This document shows, in pieces, positions 36,401 through 48,465 of a stretch of DNA of 64,000 nucleotides (position 1 is the first letter of the stretch; each line of letters begins with the position of its first letter). The DNA is from Macrostomum lignano (taxonomy: Eukaryota): contig NIVC01000070.1 of assembly GCA_002269645.1 (NCBI GenBank), positions 992,001 to 1,056,000 on the forward strand, given 5' to 3'. Under the pieces are notes generated by a model. The model was given only the letters and a program-made list of their open reading frames with translations, searched no databases and had not been told where the DNA came from. The position numbers were made by a program, and so were the translations under genes.

Positions 36401-38258
36401 TTTAGCAATACTTGCTAATGCTCGTAATAAATGTACTTGAAGCAGTTTTTACAAATCAAATTTGCTTAGTGACTTGTGCCAAATGGCAAAAACAGCTCAT
36501 TAAGTGTGCCTTGTTAATTAAGCATAAAAGTTTCAATTAGTTGAAGCAGAAGCTAAAATGAAATAATTAGTTCAATTTTAATTGTCCGCTGCGAGGTAGA
36601 CTCGAACCTGGGACCTTACGCCTATCCTAAAACTGGTCCTAGTGCCTAGTGCGGCTACTCCGCGTATTGATTGGAGGGTGACAAAATCAGCCATATATGC
36701 TTTGGCACTGCAGTCAAATACACAGTAGTGATAGGCTGCTCAGTGCAGGGGTTGCATTCAGACAGAGCCAATGCTTAGTTAAGTGAAATCTATAAATTAG
36801 ATTTAGGTCTGGAGGAACTAATTCACAGTCTGCAGTTCTTCTCTGGCCGGCACCTCAGTCCCCTCAGAAAACTGCAATTTTCTTAGAATTGTACGGCTCA
36901 CTAATCAATTTTCGATACATATCGGCAGTCTTGAAAAGCTTAGCATTTAGCAATACTTTTAAGCAAATTAGCAGCATTGTATGCAGTTTAGTAATTTTGT
37001 ACATTTATGGAGCTAGAAAATACCCATTGATGGGATCAGTTATGCTCGAAGTAGTTTTTACAAATCAAATTTGATTAGTGGCTTATGCCGAGTAGCAAAA
37101 AATGAATTGCTAATTAATAAAAATGTTTCTATTGAAATTAATCAAAAATTTTCCAATTAATCGAGGCACAAGCTATAAATTATCGAATTATTTTAATTTT
37201 AATTATTTGCCGGGGAGGCAGACTCAAACCTTGAACCTTATGCCTAGCCTAAACCTAGTCCTAAGTGCCTACAGTGCGGCTACTCCGCCTATTGATGAGA
37301 GGACAACAAAATCAGCCATATATGCTTTAGAACTGCAGTTAAATACATAGCAGTGATAGGCTGCTCAGTGTGTAGGCGTGCAGGCAGAGAAAATGCACAG
37401 TTAATTGAGTGAAATCTATAAATAGCAATTTTCTCCACCAGTCAGAGCCAGGGTCAGAATGTACACACGCAGCCACTGAGCATTTTTTCTCCTTGCACAC
37501 TGCAACCAGTATTGAAGCTTACACAGTGGAGAGAGAAAAGTTATGGCGCAATCATAATTGGAATTGGAATTCAGCCAGTCAAGAATTCAACCTTGCTTGG
37601 CCTTCCATTAAAAGCAGTAGGTAAACTCGTTTTTTCAAATATTTAATACCTTTAGCAGGAAGCCGATTAAAGAAATTTTAACTGTCTTCTTTCCAGATAA
37701 TTACAAATCTTTTCGTGAAAACGCGATTAAAATTGGTCAATCGGTTCGATCTCTAGAGCATTACACGAATACTAACACAAATTCTCTTTGAGTGAAAGTC
37801 ACACAAAGCAGCTATGACATAATCAAATACTCAGGCAGTCAGCATCAGTCTCAATTAAAGTTAGCAATATGGTTACGCAATTTCTGTCTTTCAACTTGGC
37901 ACAGTGTTTTCAACTTGTTGTGATGCAATCTTTATCAGAATCAGCCATTCAGTTTTTTATCTAGCATTCTTACAGTGCATTTCAAGTCGAAAGAGCTGCT
38001 TGACCTTTGCAAAAAAGCATGTTTTTCGAATATTTAATCCCTTTAGCATTGAAGCAGATACAAGAAATTTTAACCATACAATCCTGGGCTGATTACAAAT
38101 CTTTTGGTGAAAATGCGATCATAATTGGTGAAGAATTGCAATCTGTAGAGCGTTATGGACAAACATACAAACAAACAAACAAATATTAGAGATTTAGTAT
38201 ATTTAAGATTAGTATATTTAGATAGATAGAAGATTAGATAGAAGATAGAAGATTAGAT
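33448..38258 (-). mobile_element. Helitron-like non-autonomous element B (apparently complete, about 4.8 kb)
   Basis: 5' head with TATACTAAATCTCTAATATTTGTTTGTTTG near 38200-38258; canonical 3' end with hairpin GCCCCCC-AGC-GGGGGGC (33459-33475) 7 nt before CTAG (33448-33451); internal duplication with a 544-bp period (36349 and 36893). No Rep/helicase ORF. Confidence 0.75.
33850..34600. repeat. 30-31-bp array agcaattcccccagtaagccttgacatctc (reverse complement of the 29.6-30.0 kb array)
   Basis: Direct. Confidence 0.88.
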
Positions 38259-38259
38259 G

Positions 38260-38425
38260 GGAAGGAGGAAGGAAATGTGAAAATGAAATATTAAAATAGC
38301 CTATAGCCCAACCTGGCAAATTTGTAGTTATCCCATATAAGTTTAAACACTGACTTGCAAGAAGTCTAGGAGAAAAGTTGCAACATAAACAAACAAACAG
38401 CACACCACTTTTAGTATTTAGAGGA
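38260..38425 (-). mobile_element. Short Helitron-like 5' head fragment
   Basis: Minus strand A|TCCTCTAAATACTAAAAGTGGTGTGCTGTTTGTTTGTTT, same head architecture as the neighbouring elements. Confidence 0.45.
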
Positions 38426-38586
38426 TTGGTCACTTTGTCAACTAGCCAATCAGTACAATATAGGAGATTTACAATATTGAGTCACTTTGTTAACTAGCCA
38501 ATCAAGAAATTGTAAAGTGCATGTTTAATTATTTTTCAACTTAAATGAACACCAAAGCATATTTATTGTGATAGAAGACATATAAT

Positions 38587-38746
38587 CAGTAGCAGATTTA
38601 GAGGAGGGGTGCACAGGGTGCATGCCCCCCATCAAGTTAGATTTTTTCTATACATTTTCAGGTATATATACATGTACATAATATGTATAAACATGCACCT
38701 TAGTAGTCTGCACCCCCCTGTTCAAAAATTTATGGATCCGCATCTG
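38587..38746. mobile_element. hAT-type MITE (160 bp)
   Basis: Ends CAGTAGCAGATTTAG / GGATCCGCATCTG resemble the common CAGTGGCGGATC hAT TIR; 8-bp TSD catataat / tatataat (7 of 8 match). Confidence 0.7.
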
Positions 38747-39379
38747 TATATAATCATTTAATAACACAAAACTGTTTAGTTTAGTTTTAATAATTAGTTT
38801 TAGATCATCTGATCAAATCTCTGACCATTGCTTGAAGGGACTAGATAGCTAGATATATTGACATCTACATATGCCAACTTTAATTGTGCTCCCAGGGAAA
38901 TTATGTCAGCCCTAGGAGCTGACATATTATTATGTAACCTATCAAACATTCTTATCTTTATTGCTGACAAAGGCAATGGCTATACATGCTCTTTCTCTGT
39001 CACTGACATGTCACTGCATTAGTGCGACATGTCACTGCATATACAATTGAGCATCAGTTTATGCCCCTAAAGTGGTATTTTCATTGCCAAATAGTTGAGT
39101 CTGTAAAAGTGCATTTATTTGATTGTGAAATTTCTGACTTATGTCAGCTGTATTTGGACCCAGAGATATTGCTGCAGAGTTTAGATATTTTCATTTAGCT
39201 ACTAGTCATTATACTACTATGTACTTATCGATAACTCAGTAGTATAATACTAACTCAATTTTTAACTAAACAAATTTTACTAAATTGGCATTCCTGCTCA
39301 AGCGAGGCGCCACTCCGTCTCACTGCTTGTCAGGAGGCAGTCTGTTTGGCGCCTACTAATTATCTGCATACAATCCCAC

Positions 39380-39455
39380 ACACACTGTCCAATCAAAACA
39401 CACACTATCCAATCAAAACACGCACTATCCAATCAAAACACGCACTATGCAATCA
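39380..39455 (+). promoter_or_regulatory. Four tandem 20-bp units, three with an intact CCAAT box, at the RSF1 5' end
   Basis: cacactatccaatcaaaaca period 20; the fourth copy has ATGCAATC in place of ATCCAATC. A promoter role is inferred. Confidence 0.45.
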
Positions 39456-42400
39456 GCTGTCAGTGTTGAGCAGTTGGCTATAGACGAACCGGCAACTCCT
39501 ATAGAAGAGGCAGACTTGCCCAGCAGTGAAGAGTCTGTTGATAATGCCGATCCAGCTGCTAAAGATGTAGATGAAGATGCCAATGAGGAGCATGAGTACA
39601 CTGACAATGCTGCTGATGCTGATGAGTGCAAAGAGTCGCCAGAATGGCAGGTGAAGGCCTGTCCAGATTTTGCGGCAGCTTGCTCATTCCTTGGCCAGTT
39701 CGGATCGGACCTGGGCGTGACGCTGACCTTCGCCCAGCTGGCGAAATGCGCGCTGTCGGGTCAGAATCCACAGTCCAAGCACCATCACTCGTCGCCCAGT
39801 AAAAGCTGGATTAATTTGCACGTTCGTTTATTAAATCGTTTGCGCTATTGCGTCAAAGAGGACAAATGGGAGAATGGTTTGCGCAAATTTTGCTCAGCAG
39901 TTGATGCGGATACAGCGTCAGCCGCCGCGGTTGCCTCAGCTCTTGGCGTTGTTGACGCAGCCGCCGCGGCGACAACGCCGCTGATGCTGTTGCTGGAGCC
40001 GGGCGGCTACGCCAGTCTGGGCTATGCGGAACGGCTGCGCATCTTTCGCAGCCTGTTGGAATGCCAGTTTGATAGAAATGTCAAACTGAAAGCCAGAACT
40101 AACGCTATTAAAGCGGAGGAGCTCAGGCAGAAACCCATTGGCCAAGACATGGCCGGCTGTCAGTACTGGCTGCTCACCGACTCCGAGTACAGCGTGCTTC
40201 TCTATAAAGAGGATTCCGAAGCTGACGACTCCGCTAGGCTGACTCTGGAAGCTGACAGTGTCGAAGCTATTCGACAGTTGTTGGCTCAGCTGCGATCTTG
40301 GACCGATCCGCGAGCTGTGCTGGACACTCTGAGAGCGTCGGCCCTGTCTGCCGCTCTCATCAGCGGCAGTGGCAGCGGCAGCAGCGGCAGCAGCAGCAAA
40401 GATGCCACGCCGCCGCCGCAGCCGCCACCAAAAGAGAATGGCGCAGCCGTGAGCAAACTTGAGACTGTGCCGGAGGATGTTAAAGAAGATGAAGCTAAGC
40501 AGGAGCCTGAGACAGAAACAGCTGAGCCCGATGCTAACCAAGCCAAGCCTGAACCGGTTAAGCCTGAAGACAATAACCAAGAGGTCGACGAGAAACTTAA
40601 AGAAGAAAATATCAAAGCGGAAGAAGAATCGTCAACTCCAGTTAACAAGGGTCGCAAAGGCAAATCGGACTTATCTGTGGCTGATGAGGCGGAGCAGCCA
40701 GCTGCCGCCACTGACGATAGCGGGCTTCGTCGATCGTCGCGCGTGCGCAAGCAGGTGACGCCGTTCGTCATCCAGCAGGAGCCGGCCAGCGCTAAGAAGC
40801 GAGGCAAACTGGCAACCGCTGACAGCGGCGAAGATCAAGGCGACAGTGAGAAGACGGCTTCGCCAACTGGCAAAGCTGCTGCTAAACGGCAGAAACAGCA
40901 GCGAAAGTCCGACGGTACGAGCTACTGAATGTGTCTGTTTTTGTAGGTAGATGTGTAGCTTAAAACCCGTCATTCAGACTCTGGGGGCGACTCTTGCGAC
41001 CTTTTAACCGACTCAATCAACTGTAATGCGGCAAGTTTAGAGGTCATGCAATTTGGAGCTTGTGCAATCATTATACTCTACTTAATAAGTAGTGCAGTAC
41101 GCATATTTATACCATTTTCTTACCCTTCAACAGACAAGACTCGCAAGCTCAAACTAGCCGCCAAGTCGCCGAGCAAAGCTAATAAAAAGATCGCTAAAAA
41201 GCGGGCCAACAAGAAATTGGCCAAAGCCGCCGCTGCAAACAAGAAGGCTAACGGTGTCGGCGTTGGCGCTAAAAAGCGACGCGGCGGCAATCCGTGGGAG
41301 CGCGGCGCCAGCAGCTCGGAGGAGGACGAAGAAGCCGAGGCGGATTTTATTCAGGCTTTGGACGCGGCCGATGAAGAGGAGGACGATGAAGGCGCGGATG
41401 CTGGAGCCATGTCTGACGACAGCTGGACTGACAGGCCAGAGTCCGACTTTGAGGTAGCTTTTTTGCTTGAAGTGTGAATCAATTTTATCCTGACTCTCAG
41501 GTCCTAAAATTTTAAATCCATATCTTCTTGCATATCCAAGGTGGGATTTCTACCGCAATCCCCAAGTAGGGAGTCCTTCTCTAAACCTCAATTTGTGTTT
41601 TTCCCAGATACCCAAGTTATGGATTTCCACTCAAATCCTCAGATTGGGATTCCTGCTCAAATCTTCGGATTGGGATTCCTGCTCAAATTCTCAGATTGGG
41701 ATTCCTGCTCAAATCTTCGGATTGGGATTCCTGCTCAAATCATCAGATTTGGATTCCTGCTCAAATCCTCAGGTTGAGATTCCTGCTCAAATCATCAGAT
41801 TGGGATTCCTGCTCAAATCCTCAGGTTGGGATTCCTGCTCAGATCCTCAGATTGGGATTCCTGCTCAAATCCTCAGGTTGGGATTCCTGCTCAAATCCTC
41901 AGGTTGGGATTCCTGCTCAAATCCTCAGATTGGGATTCCTGCTCAAATCCTCAGATTGGGATTCCTGCTCAAATCCTCAGGTTGGGATTCCTGCTCAGAT
42001 CCTCAGATTGGGATTCCTGCTCAAATCATTAGATTGGGATTCCTGCTCAAATCCTCAGGTTGGGATTCCTGCTCAAATCCTCAGGTTGGGATTCCTGCTC
42101 AAATCCTCAGGTTGGGATTCCTGCTCAGATCCTCAGATTGGGATTCCTGCTCAAATCATTAGATTGGGATTCCTGCTCAAATCCTCAGGTTGGGATTCCT
42201 GCTCAAATCCTCAGGTTGGGATTCCTGCTCAAATCCTCAGGTTGGGATTCCTGCTCAAATCCTCAGGTTGAGATTCCTGCTCAGATCCTCAGATTGGGAT
42301 TCCTGCTCAAATCATTAGATTGGGATTCCTGCTCAAATCCTCAGGTTGGGATTCCTGCTCAAATCCTCAGGTTGGGATTCCTGCTCAGATCCTCAGATTG

Positions 42401-45400
42401 GGATTCCTGCTCAAATCTCCAGATTAGGATTCCTGCTCAAATCCTCAGGTTGGGATTCCTGCTCAGATCCTCAGATTGGGATTCCTGCTCAATTCCTCAG
42501 ATTGGGATTCCTGCTCAAATCCTCAGATTGGGATTCCTGCTCAAATCCTCAGATTGGGATTCCTGCTCAAATCCTCAGATTGGGATTCCTGCTCAAATCT
42601 CCAAATTTCTATTAAACTCGTTGATCTTTGATTTAAAGCTGGTTACAACTATGCGATCCCAACTGCTCTCCCTCGCCAAAGGACGCGGCCCTGTCCGAGT
42701 CGGACTCAGAACACGAGTGCCGCGGTCGGAACTATCTCCGTCAGCGCAAACGCCAGCAACAGCTGCTGGCCGAGGCGGCCGCCGGCCCGCCTTGTCCCTG
42801 CGTCCGCTGCGGCAAAGAGGACCTGCCGGAGTGGCTGTTGTTGTGCGATAGTTGCGATGTAGCTTGGCACGCCATGTGCTTGAGGCCTCCGCTGTTTCTC
42901 ATACCTACTGGCGATTGGTTCTGCCCCGTTTGTCAGCATAAGAGCCTCTGCGACGCTTTAGAAGGCAAAGTGACGGAGTTGGAGCAGCAGCAGAAGCAGC
43001 GCGTTGCTAAACAGAGGATGCAGGTAAATTTCTGTTTTCTGTAGTTTTCTTTCGATACATATCGGCAGAAAATTGGTTTAGTTGCTCCTATCTCGGTTTG
43101 ATTTTATTTGCTTGTCGATACATATCGGTAGTTAATTGGTTTAGTTGCTCCCATCTCGGTTTGATTTTATTTGCTTGTCGATACATATCGGTAGTTAATT
43201 GGTTTAGTTGCTCCCATCTCGTTTTGATTTTATTTGCTTTTCGATACATATCGGTAGTTAATTGGCTTAGTTGCTCCCATCTCGGTTTGATTTTATTTGC
43301 TTGTCGATACATATCGGTAGTTAATTGGTTTAGTTGCTCCCATCTCGGTTTTTTTATTTGCTTTTCGATACATGTCGGCAGTAAAGTGGTTTAGTTGCTC
43401 CCATCTCGGTTTGATTTTATTTGCTTTTCGTTAGCAAGTTAGCAAGAAATCTGATTTAATTGGGCTCTGGTGCATCGAGTAGGTTTTTTATTAGTATTTT
43501 GATACATATAGGCATTGTCAAAAATTGCTCAAAAATTGTCAAAATTTGCTAACTCAACAGGAGCGTCTCAGCTACGTTAGCATCTCAGTTGGCAACATCA
43601 TTGAGAGCTCGCGGGCCGGGCGCGCAGGCGGCGGCTTCGCTCACTACACCGAGGGCGGCTCCGATATTGAGGGCGCGTCCGACTCCCGGTCCGGTTCCGG
43701 TAGTTCCGGCTCTTCCGGAAGCGGAAGTGGTTCGGGTTCCGATAGTAGCGAAGAAGAATCTTCGGACGAGGCGTAAGTTACTCAGTGCTATTTTTTAGAG
43801 TTTGAGGATAATTGGGATTTTGAATCAAAATTATTATAATTTTGGGACTTGAACTTTATCCATTGCATATTGTGAGCGTTCAAAGCTTTCTCGATAGAAT
43901 ATTTACGATTTCGGACTTCGATTGGACATATGGGATTTCCATCTACGTCAATGGGATATTTTGGATTTCCATCTACGTCAATGGGATATTTTGGATTTCT
44001 ATCTACGTCAATGGGATATTTTGGATTTCCATCTACGTCAATGGGATATTTGGGATGTCAGACTACATCTATGGGATTTGGATTTCAAGCTACATCAATG
44101 GGATATTTGGGATTTCAAGCTAGATCAGTGGGATATTTGGGATTTCAGGCTACATCAATGGGATATTTGGGATTTCAAGCTAGATCAGTGGGATATTTGG
44201 GATGTTAGGCTACATCAATGAGATATTTGGAATTTCAAGCTACATCAGTGGGATATTTGGGATGTTAGGCTACATCAATGGGATATTTGGGATTTCAGGC
44301 TACATCAATGGGATATTTGGGATTTCTATCTGCATAAATGGGATTTCAAGCTACATCAGCAAAAAATCCCACAATTGCAGGCACCGGCGTCCAACCCGCC
44401 AGTCGGCCCGCACAGCCAACGTGAACTACCGTTTCGAAAACTACGACGCCATGATTAAAGAGGCCATCGAAGAGGACGACAAGTACCGCCTAGTCAAGGA
44501 GAACCCGGAGGCAGCAGCCGAAGCGGCAGCCGAGGCCCGGCGAGCCCGCAAGCGGCCTGGAGGCGGCAAAGACATGGAGAGCATCCTGGGCCCCGACTGG
44601 GACAAGAAGAAGCCGCCGCCGGCTGTTGAGGAGCCGCAGCCCAGCGCCAAGCCGGCGGCCGCGGATGCCCAGGAAGTCGCCACCGAAGACAGCCAAGAAG
44701 ACGCAGCGGAAGCTGCTACAGCGGCGTCTAACGAAGAAGGCGACAATGATGGCGAGGAAAGCGACGTCGAAGGCGAGGGCGGCCGACCTGCACCGCCGGC
44801 TGCCACGGCGGCGGCCAAGCGGAAGCGGAAGCGCCTGGCCAAGCTGGGCGACACGGACAGCGAGGTCAACTCGGACGCTGACGAGCACCCGTCCGATGAC
44901 GATTTCAAGCCGCCAAGCTCGGCCGACACCGACGAAGATGACGACGATGAAGCTGGACGAGGCCGAGGCAACTCGTCCGATGACTCGTACAGCGGCGCCG
45001 AGTCCGAGGAGTTGAGCAGCGACGCGAGCTGGAGGCCGTCTGGCTTGGCCATCAGTTCGCGTCGGCAGTCGTCCAGGCTGAGAGCGGCGGCGGCTGCATC
45101 GTCAAAGTGAGAATTCCGCTATTTTGGATGATTTTTTTCATGGCCGATATGTTGCGAAAAAACTTTAAATTTGCATATAATAAGTGGCTTTATGGCGAAC
45201 TTGAAACAGCCGATATGTAGCGTATAACTATTTAGATTATCATAGAGTGCAATTTAAATTAAAATTTAAAGTTAAAATGGCCTGTAATTTGACTGCCATT
45301 CATATTAGTTGGAATTGCACGGCTTTAAGGTTAAAGTTCAATTAACCGATATGTAGCGTAAAATACTTTCCAGGGCAGGATTCGTTATAGGTATATTATA

Positions 45401-47121
45401 ACTACTATTTCCTATTCGCCAGGCACAAGCGGTCGTCGCACGGCAGCAAAAGCAGAAAAGACAAGAAGCACAAAAGGAGCAGCCGGCATCGGAGTGGCAG
45501 CGCAGGAGGCGGCGGCCGTCACAGTCGTAAGCGTCGGCGTAGACGCGAAGACGACGATGCGGAGGACGATGAGGACGGAGACGACTGGCGACCCGGCGGA
45601 GGCGGCGGAGGTCGACGTCGCTCCCGGCACCCGCCGCCGGCTAAGCGAGGCCGACGGCGAGGACGCGGCCGCAACGAATACGACTCGGATGAAGACATTG
45701 AGGAGTCTGAGGTGGATCAGTCCGAGGATGAGGCCCGGCGCCCGACTCGGCGAGCTGCAGCCCGGCGGGTCGTGTTCCAGGAGGACGAAGAAGACGAGGA
45801 AGAAGAAGGAGAAGAAAATGAAGCAGAGGCGGCACAGAAGCCGGGAAAAGCTGAAGAAGAAAATGAGGAAAAAGCTGAAGCAGAAGACGAGGCAGACGAA
45901 GACGCTCATGGCCGGCCAAAGTTGCAGATTGCTGGCAGGCAAAAGCAGCTGCACAAGCGTCGAGCCGCTTGTCTTGAAGACAGCGACGAAGAGTGGAAAG
46001 GGTCAGATGAAGAGGAAGAAGAAGAGGAAGAGGAAGAAGAAGAGGAGGAAGCAGAGGAAGAGGAGGAAGAAGAACCGGCTCCAGCAAAGGCAACGGTTGC
46101 TAAGCAGCAAAAGCTAGCCACGATTGATGATCGAAATAAAGAAAAAGAAGAAGAAAATGAGAAACAACAAACAGCAGCAGAAGAGAAGGCCGATGCCGAG
46201 ACGGCAGCAGAGTCTAAACAGACTGAAATAGTTGATGAAGCTAAGAATAAAGCCATTGAAGAAGAAGTAGCTGAGACAGCGGTTGCTGCTGCTCCAGCGG
46301 AAACTGAAGACAATGCGGAAGACGAGGAGCTGCCGGATAAGGAAGCCGAGCTGCGGATGGCGCAGGAGGCGGCCAGCTTGATGCCGCAGCAACCGCCTGC
46401 TGTCCAGCGGCTGGAAGCGCCAGCAGCAGAAGCAGCCGAGCCTGTCCCCACTGCGGCAGCAAAGCCAGCAGCAGCAGCAACAACAAGCAGGACTCAGCAG
46501 CAAAGGAAGCAGAAACAGCAGAAACAGTTGCAGAAGCAGCAACAACAGCAGCAGCAGCAATCTATTCAACAGCCTTCAATACCTTCGCAGCCAATTCAAC
46601 CGCCAGTGTCTACAGTTGGTCACGTGATGCCGCCTCAGCCGCCGCCGCATCCGCAGTACATGCCGCAGCAGCAGCAGCCAGTCATGCCGCAACACCAGCC
46701 GCACATCGTGTCCACAACAGCTGCCTGCCCGCCGCCACCGCAGCTGCCAATACCTGCCGATATTAGAGAGCTTTACCTGCCGTCCTGCACTTACGGCGGG
46801 CCCAGCTACCAGCCTCAGCATCCGCAGCCATATCCGGTGTACACGGCTTATCAGCCGCAGCCGCAGCTTCCTCCCATGCAGGCCGGTAGCATGCTTGCCG
46901 AGCTGAACGATTTGGCACCTCCGCCGCCGCCGCCGCCGCCAGCGCCGCAGATGCTGCCTCCCATGCCTGCTGTAGTCAGCAGCAGCAGTGGTGCCAACAG
47001 TGCCGGAGGAGCAGCCGGCGGGACGCCGTTCTATATTGACTCTCTGTTGCATCAGCAGCAGCCGGCGCCAACTTATCCGCCTGCCACTGGGGCTTATGGA
47101 CAGCAGCATCAGCCGTTTTAA
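39447..47121 (+). CDS. RSF1: Remodeling and spacing factor 1 (DDT/WHIM-like N-terminus, PHD finger, acidic and Gln/Pro-rich tail), about 1588 aa
   Basis: Exons 39447-40914, 41134-41453, 42682-43023, 43561-43772, 44381-45106, 45423-47121; total 4767 nt with consistent phases. Motifs: CPDFAAACSFL, LLECQFDRNVKLK, PIGQDMAGCQYW, PHD CVRCGKEDLPEWLLLCDSCDVAWHAMCLRPPLFLIPTGDWFCPVCQHK, ERLSYVSISVGNII, VNYRFENYDAMIKEAIEED. The start codon is less certain. Confidence 0.92.
41625..42602. repeat. Minisatellite, 26-bp unit tgggattcctgctcaaatcctcag(a/g)t, about 37 copies, RSF1 intron 2
   Basis: Direct. Confidence 0.97.
43052..43430. repeat. 63-bp tandem repeat, about 6 copies, RSF1 intron 3
   Basis: tcgatacatatcggtagttaattggtttagttgctcccatctcggtttgattttatttgcttg. 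Confidence 0.93.
43925..44360. repeat. 30-bp minisatellite ctacatcaatgggatatttgggatttcaag, about 14 copies, RSF1 intron 4
   Basis: Direct. Confidence 0.93.
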
Positions 47122-47237
47122 AGTAACTAGACGTATGGCACACTGTTTTCTGTTTGACATTGTTGTTTAGTTTGTAAGTTTATTGATACTATATATGTGC
47201 GTTTATGTTAATGTGTATAATTGTAATTAAGTCTCGG

Positions 47238-48465
47238 CTGTGTTAGTTAAGAACCAACTGTGTCAGTTGAGAATCAGCTGTGTCAGTTTAGAATCAGCTG
47301 TGTCAGTTGAGAACCAGCTGTGTCAGTTAAGAATCAGCTGTGTCAGTTAAGAATCAGCTGTGTCAGTTGAGAATCAGCTGTGTCAGTTGAGAATCAGCTG
47401 TGTCAGTTAAGAATCAGCTGTGTCAGTTTAGAATCAGCTGTGTCAGTTAAGAATCAGCTGTGTCAGTTGAGAATCAGCTGTGTCAGTTAAAATCGAATGT
47501 GTCAGTTGAGAATCAGCTGTGTCAGTTAAGAATCAGCTGTGTCAGTTAAGAATCAGCTGTGTCAGTTGAGAACCAGCTGTGTCAGTTAAGAATCAGCTGT
47601 GTCAGTTGAGAATCAGCTGTGTCAGTTGAGAACCAACTGTGTCAGTTAAGAACCAACTGTGTCAGTTAAGAATCAGCTGTGTCAGTTGAGAATCAGCTGT
47701 GTCAGTTAAGAATCAGCTGTGTCAGTTGAGAATCAGCTGTGTCAGTTAAGAATCAGCTGTGTCAGTTTAGAACCAGCTGTGTCAGTTAAGAATCAGCTGT
47801 GTCAGTTGAGAATCAGCTGTGTCAGTTGAGAATCAGCTGTGTCAGTTGAGAATCAGCTGTGTCAGTTGAGAATCAGCTGTGTCAGTTAAGAACCAACTGT
47901 GTCAGTTGAGAATCAGCTGTGTCAGTTAAGAACCAACTGTGTCAGTTAAAAATCGAATGTGTCAGTTAAGAATCAGCTGTGTCAGTTAAGAACCAACTGT
48001 GTTAGTTAACAATCAGCTGTGTCAGTTAAAAATCGAATGTGTCAGTTAAGAATCAGCTGTGTCAGTTAAAAATCGAATGTGTCAGTTAAGAATCAGCTGT
48101 GTCAGTTAATAACCAACTGTGTTAGTTAAGAATCAGCTGTGTCAGTTGAGAATCAGCTGTATCAGTTGAGAACCAACTGTGTCAGTTAAGAATCAGCTGT
48201 GTCAGTTAATAACCAATTGTGTCAGCTAAGAATCAGCTGTGTCAGTTGAGAATCAGCTGTGTCAGTTAAGAACCAACTGTGTCAGTTAAGAATCAGCTGT
48301 GTCAGTTAAGAACCAACTGTGTCAGTTAACAATCAGCTGTGTCAGTTTGAGAACCAACTGTGTCAGTTGAGAATCAGCTTTGTCAGTTGAGAATCAGCTG
48401 TGTCAGTTGAGAATCAGCTGTGTCAGTTAAGAACCATTGTGTCAGTTGAGAACCAACTGTGTCAG
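47238..48465. repeat. 20-bp minisatellite cagtt(a/g)agaatcagctgtgt, about 61 copies, downstream of the RSF1 stop
   Basis: Direct; most units carry CAGCTG or CAACTG. Confidence 0.97.

Noticed and set aside
2561-42602. Shared 11-mer CAGATCCTCAG between the PSME4 intron 6 and RSF1 intron 2 arrays
   Set aside because: The rest of the units do not align; too short to claim common origin.
41593-42851. Several 190-260-aa ORFs in RSF1 intron 2
   Set aside because: Artefacts of the 26-bp array.
44441-47160. Long antisense ORFs opposite RSF1
   Set aside because: Shadow frames of GC-rich low-complexity coding sequence.
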